From Nemertoderma westbladi (lineage: Eukaryota > Animalia > Xenacoelomorpha), in assembly GCA_032718475.1 (NCBI GenBank), contig JAUCBJ010007209.1, positions 13,829 through 77,828 on the forward strand: a DNA stretch of 64,000 nucleotides, given 5' to 3'. The notes beneath the pieces were generated by a model. It was not told the DNA's origin and ran no database searches. It worked only from the letters and a program-made list of their open reading frames with translations. A program made the position numbers and the translations under genes. Below, piece after piece: positions 39,301 to 54,300 of this stretch (position 1 is its first letter; each line of letters begins with the position of its first letter).

Positions 39301-42300
39301 GAGACACTGGTGTAGCTGTCCTGTACCAGTGTTGTTAATGCAAACATGTTGACGGACATGATGTTGAAGGAACTCAACATAGACAACACCAACAGAATTA
39401 CGCACCAGACAGTTGGGGCTGGCAATATTGATATCCCATTTAGAATTCCGTAGACTCCTTCAGATGTGTGCTCCATACCAGATCTACCGACTGCATACAT
39501 GTATGCTCCTTGAATAGAGAAGACCAATATGGCTAGGATTATAGAGAACGCGAATTGTGCTATCGGCATTGTTATAGCGGTTGCTAGGTGGAAGTATCTG
39601 GATCGTTTCGTTGCCAAGCGGCTGGAGATAGCTGGTAGTATCGCGAATCCGACGCCAACGTTGTACAGCGCCCTTAGCGCTGAGTCCACCCAGAGCCGAG
39701 GCTCGCCCAGGAGGTAAAATTCGGGGTAGAACAGATACTGCATACCCCCGTGAACGCCATCCATGGTGCAGCCTCGTATGGTTAGAGCCACCACGCAAAC
39801 AATGATAGCCAATGTGGTTACCATAACTACTCGTCCGTAGGCCTTCACGCCCGCTAAGAGGCAGAGACACGCCGCGAGTACGAGCACCATGGCTGCGATG
39901 TCGAGGTTGATGTTGAGTATAATCGGCGATCCTTCCATTGCGTATCTGTAAAACTCGCTAGTTGACGGGGTTTTGTAATTATAATAGTCGACGTATTGGG
40001 GGTAATAGTCGGGGCTCGTTGTGGTTGTTTCGTAGTCCTCGTCAGGGGCGGGGTCACTATCTTCGCAGTTGGGCGAATTCCACGGGTTGTCGCACCGCTC
40101 CCAGACGCGACCCTGAGTCACTAGCGTAAACAGGTAGAATATCGGGAGAGAAGCGCGCCCGATATCGCATACGGATATAAGTAAACAGAGGAAGGCCTGA
40201 CAGACCCCGATCCCCTTAAACAGCGGGGCCGTGTTCCACAGGCCGAGGGCCCCTCGTTGTGACTCCGCCCCTAAGCTCGTCTCCATGTAGAACAGCGGTA
40301 TACTCATGAGCAACGTCATGACCAGGTTCATCACGAAGAATATACAACCGCCGCTGTAGAAAGCGTAAAAGCCCGACATCCACAACGCACTTCCGCTGAA
40401 CATGAAGGCGGACAAACACGACCAGTAAGATACTGATGACTCCCATCTGTTGTTGTCGGAGGTTTTCCCTTCCATTTTATCAATATAAGTCATAAACTAC
40501 TGTAAGTTAAGATATTCGCTCTCGTTTTTCGTGAAACTCCCACTGTTATTTTTTTAAATAATCACTTATTTTTTACCGATTTCTGTTCTCTATCGAGTAA
40601 GGGAAGGAAGGGGCAGGTATGTCGTCACAAAAATTGCGTTTTGTTGTTTTACTCTGGGTTTCTTTACTTTTTCTACCACAGGATCAGATTTAAGTGGCTG
40701 ACTGCGTTTCTAATAGGAACAATAAACTAATTTACCTTTTTATTTGTGAACACGTTTCCTTTTGACCTCTTGTTTCCCTTTTTTACCATATTCCCTTCCC
40801 CTTATACTGCTTCTATCGCAGTTTGTGTAATAATATTAATAATAATAATTGCAGTTTGTAATGAGTTTTGTTTAAATGGAACTACATATTTTAAACCCAT
40901 TGGAAGTTAATTATATTTATTTCCATTTTGGAATTAAAATGGTTATTAGCCGATATAGTATGTAATAGCCCAATAGCCAATAATTACATTCCTTTAGAAT
41001 ATATTAAATTTATTGTCTGACTCATTTATAGTATGTCATTCATTTTCTTAATTTCATATCCAAGATGTCACAATAATTACACGTGGCAGTTGCGTTGCGT
41101 TTTTAGAATTTGGAAAACATTCGATTCAGCTACTATTTATAATATTTTGGTTCTATTTTTGCACTTTCATATTTTCCAATTTATTTTTTTCTTTAGGTCG
41201 GCGATGGCACAACCACAGTGACGCTATTAGCCTCTGAGATTCTGAAGCAAGTGAAGCAATATGTGGAGGAAGGAGTTCACCCTCAAATTATATGTCAGGC
41301 GTTACGTAGTGCAGCTGGGTTAGCTGTTGCTAAGGTAAGTAAACACTGCGGAGTGCAGCTTGGTTAGCTGTTGCTATGGTAAGGAAATAGTACGTTTTGC
41401 AGCTGGGTTAGCTGTTGCTGTGGTAAGGAAATTGTACGTGGTGCAGCTGGGTTAGCTGTTGCTATGGTAAGGAAATTGTACGTGGTGCAGCTGGGTTAGC
41501 TGTTGCTAAGGTAAGTAAACATTACGTAGTGCAGCTGGGTTAGCTGTTGCTATGGTAAGGAAATTGTACGTGGTGCAGCTGGGTTAGCTGTTGCTATGGT
41601 AAGGAAATTGTACGTGGTGCAGCTGGGTTAGCTGTTGCTAAGGTAAGTAAACATTACGTAGTGCAGCTGGGTTAGCTGTTGCTATGGTAAGGAAATTGTA
41701 CGTGGTGAAGCTGGGTTAGCTGTTGCTATGGTAAGGAAATATTTGTTAGTACAACTGGGTTAGCTGTTGCTAAGCTGATTAAAGTGCATATGGTACCCTG
41801 TGTTACCTTTCTTTAAGGTCAGCAATAAGTGTAGCTGGGTAAGTTGTTGCTTTTGTCTGGCTAGTATGTGTTGCCTCTGGGTTAAACACGGTTGCTGTGT
41901 TAAAGATCAAATGCGTTGTGCAGCTGGTTTAGCGTTTCTAAGGTCAGTAAGATGTGTAATAGATGGGTCAGCTATTGCTAAAGTGAATATCGAGTGCAGC
42001 TGAATTAGCGGTTGCTCGAGAAAGTACGTTGTGTAGCCTGGTAAATGGTGGTGCAGGTCTAGGTAATAGGTAATTATGCAGTGATGTTTATATATTGCTA
42101 AAGTAAGTAAGTATATGGTACGCGGTGCAGCTGGGTTAGCTGTAACTGTTGCTAAAGTATCTGCGGGTTTTATTTTAGGTAAAGGATTTATCCGTAAAGG
42201 TTAAACACGAAGACCCTATTGAGCTTCGCAACATGTTGAATGCTTGCGCCAGTACCGCTCTCTCATCCAAGCTGATCGCCGGCCACAAGGAACAGTTCGC

Positions 42301-45300
42301 CAATATGGTTGTCGACGCTGTTTTCTCGTTGGACGAACTGTTGCCCCTCAACATGATCGGTATAAAGAAGGTGCAAGGGGGTGCACTGGAAGATTCCCAG
42401 CTGATTGCAGGTAAGGCTGTTTACTGATATATTTTGTAAATACACTAATATTACAAATATACTAATATACAAATACTAATATACTAATATACAAATACTA
42501 ATATATACAATATACTAATATTACACACTACACTATACAGTATAATACTATACTGTAGGGTAGGTGTGTGAAAAATATTATTTATCATTTTGTTTTTTTT
42601 CTTACATCTGAATAACGAAAAGTAATTTGTACGGTAAAGATAATATTATAAAGTAGATTTTTAATAAATCTAAGTGAAGTCCCAATGTGGAAACTTTGTA
42701 TCCCCAGGCAGTTCTACTTGTAATTAAAGTGTAATCCCCTCACTCCCGGTGTCTTCTCTACGAGGTACTTCCCTTTCTCGATGCCGACTACCCTCCCGTC
42801 TATCCCTAGCGCTCGCATCTTCTCCATTCCCCCCAGTTTGATCGTGTACGCGTCGTCCTTTTTGTGCATCCCCTGCCACTTCCTCCCGCTGGTTATGTAA
42901 ATGTAGACGGAGTATATGATGTGGTAGATAATCTGTATTGTTACTAGCACCAAAACCGAGCCGATATCGTAAGATTTCATTGTTTCTACGTCGTCTTTGT
43001 CCGTAATTGTCTCGAATAAGGAATGCAATAGAATCACGGAGACCATGAAGACCAGTTGGAAGAGCATGTACTTGTCGAGATGCGTGAGGTAGGGAATGGG
43101 GGGTAGTTGTCTGTTCATTACCATCTGAGTGATAAAATATAATGTAAATTGTTGATAATATTATTTCAGAATATCTTAAAATGGCTAAGATCAAGGCGTC
43201 ATTTATTAAAGGACGCCTTGACTCAGACTGTGACAAGTCCTATTCACGAATTAATAAGAAATACCCGAATATAAATCAAAATCGTAAATTATATTGTTAG
43301 AAAATACAGAAATTAAATTGATCCCTATTTGTGGTACCGAAGTTTAGGAATTTGCTTTACATTTTTTTTGCAATATTTAATACATCTTGAGATGAAAATT
43401 GTAAATAAATTCTCAATATTGAAAACAAAACTGTGTTTTTTCATATCAGCAGTTATTCCGATTCAATCAAATAAACTAAAAACTGTCTGGGATAAATAAA
43501 ACACTTCAAGTATTAATTAATAAAGCAGTTCTAGCATTGTATTAACTGAGGGTTAATGGAGTTACTATAGTGTTTATATCATTAATTAATCTTATTTATT
43601 GATAACTGTTGTTATGGGTTTATTTTAGGATTATAATTTTTATAATTATAATTATTTTTTGTGTCCCGGTTAAAACTTTACATAGGGCCTTTCTGCAGTA
43701 AAATATTTTCCGCTGGGATATAGGGCTTCAAGTTACCATGCAATAATAATCACTTCCCATTGGTTAAAAAATTTAAAACTTCACCAGCGTGTCTTAAAGT
43801 GTATAAAAAAGTAAAATACGAAAAATATCGACTTGGGCCTTATGACACTCAAACTACCAAGGGGCACAAACATTAATTAGGGACACAAACATTAATGAGG
43901 TACACAAACATTAATAATTAGGGGCACATTAATGAGGGACACAAACATGAATGAGGGGCACAAACATTAATGAGGGGCACAAACATTAATGAGGGACACA
44001 AACATTAATGTGGGACACAAACATTAATGTGGGACACAAACATTAATAATTAGGGGCACATTAATGAGGGACACAAACATTAATTAGGGGCACAAACATT
44101 AATGAGGGACACAAACATTAATGAGGGACACAAACATTAATAAGGGACATAAACATTAATGAGGGACACAAACATTAATAAGGTACAGAAACATTAATGA
44201 GGGGCACAAACATTAATAATTAGGGGCACATTAATGAGGGACACAAACATTAATGAGGGACACAAACATTAATGAGGGGCACAAACATTAATGAGGGACA
44301 CAAACATTAATGAGGGGCACAAACATTAATGAGGGACACAAACATTAATAATTAGGGGCACATTAATGAGGGACACAAACATTAATGAGGGACACAAACA
44401 TTAATGAGGGGCACAAACATTAATAATTAGGGGCACATTAATGAGGGACACAAACATTAATGAGGGACACAAACATTAATGAGGGACACAAACATTAATG
44501 AGGGACACAAACATTAATGATGGACACAAACATTAATGAGGGACACAAACATTAATGAGGGACACAAACATTAATGAGGGGCACAAACATTAATGAGGGA
44601 CACAAACATTAATGAGGGGCACAAACATTAATGAGGGACACAAACATTAATGAGGGACACAAACATTAATGAGGGCCACAAACATTAATGAGGGACACAA
44701 ACATTAATGAGGGACACAAACATTAATGAGGGACACAAACATTAATAAGGGACACAAATATTAATGAGGGACACAAACATTAATGAGGGACACAAACATT
44801 AATGAGGGACACACATTAATGAGGGACACAAACATTAATGAGGGACACAAACATTAATGAGGGACACAAACATTAATGAGGGACACAAACATTAATGAGG
44901 GACACACATTAATGAGGGACACAAACATTAATGAGGGACACAAACATTAATGAGGGACACAAACATTAATGAGGGACACAAACATTAATAAGGGACACAA
45001 ACATTAATGAGGGACACAAACATTAATGAGGGACACAAACATTAATGAGGGACACACATTAATGAGGGACACAAACATTAATGAGGGACACAAACATTAA
45101 TGAGGGACACAAACATTAATAAGGGACACAAATATTAATGAGGGACACAAACATTAATGTGGGACACAAACATTAATGGGGGACACAAACATTAATGAGG
45201 GACACAAACATTAATAAGGGACATAAACATTAATCAGGGGCACATTAATAAGGGACACAAATATTAATGAGGGACACACATTAATGAGGGACACAAACAT

Positions 45301-48300
45301 TAATAAGGGACATAAACATTAATCAGGGGCACATATATTAATAATTAGGGGCACATTAATAAGGGACACAAATATTAATGAGGGACACACATTAATGAGG
45401 GACACACATTAATGAGGGACACAAACATTAATGAGGGACACAAACATTAATGAGGGACACAAACATTAATGAGGGACACAAACATTAATGAGGGACACAA
45501 ACATTAATGAGGGACACACATTAATGAGGGACACAAACATTAATGAGGGACACAAACATTAATGAGGGACACAAACATTAATGAGGGACACAAACATTAA
45601 TGAGGGACACAAACATTAATAAGGGACATAAACATTAATCAGGGGCACATATATTAATAATTAGGGGCACATTAATAAGGGACACAAATATTAATGAGGG
45701 ACACACATTAATGAGGGACACACATTAATGAGGGACATACATTAATGAGGGACACACACATTAATGAGGGACACAAACATTAATGAGGGACACAAACATT
45801 AATGAGGGACACAAACATTAATGAGGGACACAAACATTAATGAGGGACACACATTAATGAGGGACACAAACATTAATGAGGGACACAAACATTAATGAGG
45901 GACACAAACATTAATAAGGGACACAAACATTAATGAGGGACACAAACATTAATGAGGGACACAAACATTAATGAGGGACACAAACATTAATGAGATACAC
46001 AAACATTAATGAGGGACACAAACATTAATGAGTGACACAAACATTAATGAGTGACACAAACATTAATGAGGGACACAAACATTAATGAGGGACACAAACA
46101 TTAATGAGGGACACAAACATTAATGAGGGACACAAATATTAATGAGGGACACAAACATTAATGAGGGACACAAACATTAATGAGGGACACAAACATTAAT
46201 GAGGGACACAAACATTAATGAGATACACAAACATTAATGAGGGACACAAACATTAATGAGGTACACAAGCATTAATGAGGGACACAAACATTAATGAGGG
46301 ACACAAACATTAATGAGGGACACAAACATTAATGAGGGACACAAACATTAATAAGGGACACAAATATTAATGAGGGACACAAACATTAATGTGGGACACA
46401 AACATTTATGGGGGACACAAACATTAATGAGGGACACAAACATTAATAAGGGACATAAACATTAATCACGGGCACATATATTAATAATTAGGGGCACATT
46501 AATAAGGGACACAAATATTAATGAGGGACACAAACATTAATGAGGGGCACAAACATTAATGAGGGACACAAACATTAATGAGGGACACAAACATTAATAA
46601 GGGACACAAACATTAATGAGGGGCACAAACATTAATGAGGGACACAAACATTAATGAGGGACACAAACATTAATGAGGGACACAAACATTAATAAGGGAC
46701 ATAAACATTAATCAGGGGCACATATATTAATAATTAGGGGCACATTAATAAGGGACACAAATATTAATGAGGGACACAAACATTAATGAGGGGCACAAAC
46801 ATTAATGAGGGACACAAACATTAATGAGGGACACAAACATTAATAAGGGACACAAACATTAATGAGGGACACAAACATTAATGAGGTACACAAACATTAA
46901 TGAGGGACACAAACATTAATGAGGGACACAAACATTAATGAGGGACACAAACATTAATGAGGGACACAAACATTAATAAGGGACACAAATATTAATGAGG
47001 GACACAAACATTAATGTGGGACACAAACATTTATGGGGGACACAAACATTAATGAGGGACACAAACATTAATAAGGGACATAAACATTAATCAGGGGCAC
47101 ATATATTAATAAAATAGGGGCACATTAATAAGGGACACAAACATTAATGAGGGACACGAACATTAATAAGAGACACCAATATTAATGAGGGACACAAACA
47201 TTAATGTGGGACACAAACATTTATGGGGGACACAAACATTAATGAGGGACACAAACATTTATGGGGGACATAAACATTAATCAGGGGCACATATATTAAT
47301 AATTAGGGGCACATTAATAAGGGACACAAATATTAATGAGGGACACAAACATTAATGAGGGGCACAAACATTAATGAGGGACACAAACATTAATGAGGGA
47401 CACAAACATTAATAAGGGACACAAATATTAATGAGGGACACAAACATTAATGAGGGGCACAAACATTTATGGGGGACACAAACATTAATGAGGGACACAA
47501 ACATTAATAAGGGACATAAACATTAATCAGGGGCACATATATTAATAATTAGGGGCACATTAATAAGGGACACAAACATTAATGAGGGACACAAACATTA
47601 ATGTGGGACACAAACATTAATGTGGGACACAAACATTAATGAGGGACACAAACATTAATGAGGGACAGAAACATTAATGAGGGGCACAAACATTAATTAG
47701 GGGCACAAACATTAATAATTAGGGGCACATTAATTAGGGACACAAATATTAATGAGGGACACAAACATTAATGAGTGGCACAAATATTCATTACGGACAC
47801 AAACATTAATGAGGGACACAAACATTAATGTGGGACACAAACATTAATGAGGGACACAAACATTAATGAGGGACACAAACATTAATAAGGGACAGAAACA
47901 TTAATGAGGGGCACAAACATTAATAATTAGGGGCACATTAATGAGGGACACAAACATTAATGAGGGACACAAACATTAATGTGGGACACAAACATTAATG
48001 AGGGACACAAACATTAATGAGGGACACAAACATTAATGAGGGACACAAACATTAATGAGGGGCACAAACATTAATGAGGGACACAAACATTAATGAGGGA
48101 CACAAACATTAATGAGGGACACAAACATTAATGAGGGGCACAAACATTAATGAGGGACACAAACATTAATGAGGTACACAAACATTAATAATTATGGGCA
48201 CATTAATGAGGGACACAAATATTAATGAGAGGCACAAACATTAATGAGGGACACAAACATTAATGAGGGACACAAACATTAATGAGGGGCACAAATATTA

Positions 48301-51300
48301 ATGAGGGGCACAAACATTAATGAAGGACACAAACATTAATGAGGTACACAAACATTAATGAGGGGCACAAACATTAATGAGGGACACAAATATTAATGAG
48401 GGGCACAAACATTAATGAGGGACACAAACATTAATGAGGGACACAAATATTAATGAGGGGCACAAATATTAATGAGGGGCACAAACATTAATGAGGGACA
48501 CAAACATTAATGAGGGACACAAACATTAATGAGGGACACAAACATTAATGAGGGACACAAACATTAATGAGGGGCACAAACATTAATGAGGGACACACAC
48601 ATTAATGAGGGACACAAACATTAATGAGGGACACAAACATTAATGAGGGACACAAACATTAATTATGGGCACATTATTAATAAGGGACACAAACATTAAT
48701 GAGGGGCACAAATATTAATGAGGGGCACAAACATTAATGAGGGACACAAACATTAATGAGGGACACAAACATTAATGAGGGACACAAACATTAATGAGGG
48801 ATACAAACATTAATAATTAGGGGCACATTAATGAGGGACACAAATATTAATGAGGGACACAAACATTAATGAGGGGCACAAATATTAATGAGGGGCACAA
48901 ACATTAATGAGGGACACAAACATTAATGAGGGACACAAACATTAATGAGGGACACAAACATTAATGAGGGATACAAACATTAATAATTAGGGGCACATTA
49001 ATGAGGGACACAAATATTAATGAGGGACACAAATATTAATGAGGGGCACAAATATTAATGAGGGGCACAAACATTAATGAGGGACACAAACATTAATGAG
49101 GGACACAAACATTAATGAGGGACACAAACATTAATGAGGGATACAAACATTAATAATTAGGGGCACATTAATGAGGGACACAAATATTAATGAGGGACAC
49201 AAACATTAATGAGGGACACAAACATTAATGAGGGACACAAACATTAATGAGGGACACAAATATTAATGAGGGGCACAAACAATGAGGGACACAAACATTA
49301 ATGAGGTACACAAACATTAATGAGGGACATAAACATTAATGAGGGACACAAACATTAACGAGGGATACAAAACATTAATAAGGGACATAAACATTAATGA
49401 GGGGCACAAACATTAATAATTAGGGGCACATTAATGAGGGACACAAACATTAATGAGGGACACAAACATTAATGAGGGACACAAACATTAATGAGGGACA
49501 CAAACATTAATGAGGGACACAAACATTAATGAGGGACACAAACATTAATGAGGGACACAAACATTAATGGGGGACACAAACTTTAATGAGGGACACAAAC
49601 ATTAATGAGGGACACAAACATTAATGAGGGACACAAACATTAATGAGGGGCACAAACATTAATAATTAGGGGCACATTAATGAGGGACACAAACATTAAA
49701 GAGGGACACAAACATTAATGGGGGACACAAACTTTAATGAGGGACACAAACATTAATAAGGGACACAAACATTAATCTGCCTTTTAAACCCACTCACCTT
49801 GTAAGATACGACTGTTAGCAGAACCCACATGGTATTCAACATCCTCCAGTGTTGTCGCTTCTCGACGTCTATAGCGAAACTGGTGAGGGCCAATGAGGCA
49901 ATGATTCCCGTTATAAACACGTAGTTCCACATGTATAACGCGGGTTTACGGGCCATGTGACACGTGAATGTGATTTGCGACCGAGTAAATTTATCCGAAG
50001 TGTATTCTGTGGTCACTTTCCGTTTTATAACCTAAGTTTACCAAATCACAATTAATATTATATGAATATAGGACTTTTGGTAACAATTTAATATTAATAA
50101 TAATAATAGTAATGATTTGTGATTTGTTTATAATTTATAAAATGTAACTTTTTTCCAAATATATACCCCAAAATCGTTAGGTAAGGATTAATTTATTTAC
50201 CTGTACTGTAGGGATTGCATAGATTTTACTTTTTACCACTGAAAAAGTAAAATATTGAAAATAATAAAAACGCCACAATGCTAAATTATCAATTTAGGGA
50301 AGAGAGCAGGGACAGTGGCACTTCAATCTAACCAAAACAATAAACTGGAATAATAATGGAACAGGTTACAGTTTTATTTTTGAAATTAAGCAGCTGTTAT
50401 TTGCGTCGATTTTCCCCTGGAGAGGGATGAATTTTGATGACGTCACCAAACGATCACCAAAATGCAGACTGTAATATTTGAGTAGCTATATTCCTTCCCC
50501 GGCATGGGGGGGGGGGGGGTCTGTACGCCTTGCCGGCCGCAGACTACCACAGTGTGAGATTTTGTTCTATGCAAGCCAGTGGGTTAGAGGAAATGTAGTC
50601 GTCAGCCATTGACATTCATGAAACGTTTGTTACAAGACTCCGAGTCTTGATAACTTAAGATAAATTCTGGAGTTATATGATTTGTTATGTTGTGTTGTGG
50701 GGGGCCGACCGGCGATGCGACCTAGTGGTGTGGGTGTGGTTGATATAGTATGTATTTATATATAATTATGTCGACCTTACCTCCACGTGTTTGTAGCTGC
50801 TCCAGTTATCTTGGGACCGACTAGACAATCCATCAGCCACGCTGATCTTTATTGGATCTTCCATCAGGTCGACTTTATGCAAAGGACGTTCGGTTCCGAT
50901 AGTGAGCGATATATCCTGATACAAATAATCATAGTTACGGGTCTATTACTGTAACGTTACCGTAACTACTGTACACTAAATTTAAATATAATTAAATATA
51001 TTATTATTATTATTAGCTGTTTTTTTTTATTTTTTTCGATGTATTTTACTAATTACACTCTACCAGTATTTAGTATCCGTATACTGACCTCCCTGTAGTT
51101 TGTTCTGGTTGTATTTGATACCAGCCTTCCGGTAGTAAGAAGGCAGTATACAGACCGTACCTACTTCAAATACTAAACAACTTGTGTTGTGTACATATTA
51201 CACGTTCGTGGGGACTTCGCGCAGCACGTAGTCGGCAAGCCTTGGCATACGGTTCATATAGAGCAAATGGGGCATGTCTAGTTTGGACCCCATATCCCAT

Positions 51301-54300
51301 GCTATAAATGTATTCATTCGATATACAATCATATGTTAATCCGCTAGGTGGTGTCAAATTGTTATTCTGCAATTTCGTACTTACCAGTGCAGCACTGTAC
51401 AGCAGTACCGTACCGGTAGGCCTATGTCATTACTTCTGAGTCTCTAGCGGATCCCCAATTAAATGTCTTAACTTTTCAATTTCGTAAAAGATAGACCTCA
51501 TGATTCTCTACAGGCCACCAAAATTTCAGCTCAGGAAAATGAGGCCTTCCCGAGAAATTTAACATTTTCTAAAAACCACAATCTGTCGTAGCTGACGTCA
51601 GACTGCATGATTTTTGACCAAACTTTACAAACTTTCTAAACTTTCTCTCTACTACTTACCTACTAAGTTTGGTTCAATTCCGAACGAGCGATGCCGAGAA
51701 ATTCGCGTTCAAACATTTACCAGACAGACGGACGGACGGACAGACAGACAGACAGACGGACATGCCCCATTTGCCCTATATGAACCGTATGCAAAGGCTC
51801 GCCGACTACGTGTCTCGCCCCACATACATACGCACCTGTACATCGAATGGGAAGTCAGCTAGTTCCAGTAGTTCGTTAAAGGTCCCTTTAACTTCCCGTT
51901 TATATACAACCACTGGGTCCCAATCGGGCAGGTCTATTCTCACGGTCCGTGTCACCACGTCCAATACCAAGCCGGCTAATATATTTAATAAATATTTATG
52001 TACTTTTGTCTTCTTTGTTAGTAAAGATACGTCAATTTATTGGCTCCAGGCAGGGTTTTTTTTTCTAAATATGTTAGTGAAATTTATAAATAAAAATAGT
52101 GATTTCTAAATCTTTTAAACTTGTTTAGAAATATTTCTAAAACTAAAAATTGAAAATAACAAATTTAAAATTATAAATTTTGCTACAAAGAGATTGAAAT
52201 AAGAACATTAGCTACAAATCAGAATTTAACATCAGCCATATTTAATTTTTTATTGTTCATTAACCAAAATCGAATCTTTGAATCTCTAAATCTGATCCAA
52301 ATCCATCAGCTTCATTTGTACCAACTTCTATAATGAAATCACTTATTTGTGGTACCGGAATTGTTACTAAGGGGTCATCCATAAAATAACGTCCGAGCTA
52401 GAGGGGGGGGGAGGGGGGTCGGCCAAATCCGGACATTTACGGACAGGGGGGGGGGGGGGGGGGGGGGTAGCAAAATTCGGACGTCTGTTTTTAAATTTTT
52501 TATTGTCAACTTTGCAGCCCATATGGCCAAATGTAGTTTAAACTTAACTTTGGGATGGGCACCTAGGCCCCGCATATTTAAAGTGAAAGTAAACGTTTCA
52601 GTTTCAAGTTTCAGAATCTGGGGAGACGGCCAACCTAACCCTTGATGGGTGTACCTGTACACTGTACAGTATACGTAAAGTTTATCATGTATTACAATGT
52701 ATTAAGCCCGTACCGTAACGCTATATTATACTGGCTAATAAGTAGTTTCAGTTTGATAATGTACTGGTCAGTACTGCGGTCCCCTATTCTTTACTAGTGC
52801 CCACTCCCGGCAGGCCTAAGGCTGCACGATAAATAGGCTACCGGTACCGGTAATAATAATAATAATAAGTAACCGGTTATATAGTTTTCTATATATATTA
52901 GTACTGTTAATATTAGTAGTCGCCCCCCTATTTGTACAATGTACAGCAATAATTCGTGTATTTGTTTTCTGTTTTATTTTCTAAAATTCGGACGTCCGAA
53001 TAGGGGGGAGGGGGGGGGGGGTCAAAAACCGGACATTCGCGGACAGGGGGGAGGGGAGGGGAGGGTCCAAAAATTCGGGATTTTCTCGGACGTCTTTTAT
53101 GGATGACCCCTAAGTAGACTGACATAGACTGTAATTACAGTCTATGAGTCTAATAAGACTGTAAGAGTGTTTCACTGATCAGAGTTCACTCTTAATGGAG
53201 TAAACAACTGACAAATGTATAGAACATTAAATCAAGACTTCAAAAAAGCGATTGGTTTTTAGAATTCTCGATTAGTACGAAGTAGCTACGCGACCTGGGT
53301 AAATGAAAATAGCTAACCAATAATATAAATTACAATAGCATGCGCGTAAATTATGAAAGTTGTGTTTTTTTAATTTAGAAATCCGTTTAAGTTCTTTGTT
53401 TATGTCTTTCGAAGAGTCTGCTATTGGTTAATAATTATGATGTAAAATAATATTAATAATATTCTCCCAACAGAAATTGTGATATTGAAGTTGAACAGTT
53501 AATAGCATTGGGTAATTGGAATAGAGTTTCCCTCCAGTTCTTTATGTAACAAGAAACATAAGTATTTAATTGAATTTCAACAACAAAAATTTTAATAAAC
53601 CCATTTAACCCAAAATGTTATTTTTCTTTGTTGGCGCCCTTTCTATTGTGATCATCACCAATGATGTGGAGTATTCCTTCCCAATAAAATGGCTTTAGTT
53701 TACCAAAGCGGTATTAAAAAAAGTAGGGGCCTAGCCTAATTTGTTCAAAATTTTAATGATACTGTAATAATATAGGTGGGGGGCCTAACATTGCAGGATT
53801 AACACTTATTATATTATATATATTATATAGGATTAACACTTAACAGTATGAAAAAATATAGTAGAAAACAAGCAATACAGCAGTATTGCATGGCCTACTT
53901 TTCACTTTCTCAATTCATTGGGAATATTATTTTGGTTTCCTAAACAAAATTTTGATTTTATAAATCTTTTCTAACCGTTTAGAAACTTTTCACAGTGTAC
54001 ATTTTGAAAATAAAAACCCTGGCCCTCCAGGTAATTAGTGGCGTGTATTTATTGGCCCCCTGTACAGTATTATATAATTATCGTTTGTTAGAAGCAAGTT
54101 TGCATTTGAAAGCTCTGATTTTCACTTGCTTCAAGGTAACTCTATAACTCTATTTTTAAGGTGATGTTTCAATTTTTATATTTTTTGCATCACAATATAA
54201 CTTGTGAATTGAGTGCGATTTTATCTGTGTATCCAAATATATGATGCCTACACAATGAGGCTTTTATATTAGATATTATTATATTATTGTAATACATTAT

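Noticed and set aside
43861-49776. CRISPR-like array
   Set aside because: Units are contiguous with no unique spacers, there are no cas genes, and the context is a eukaryotic intron.
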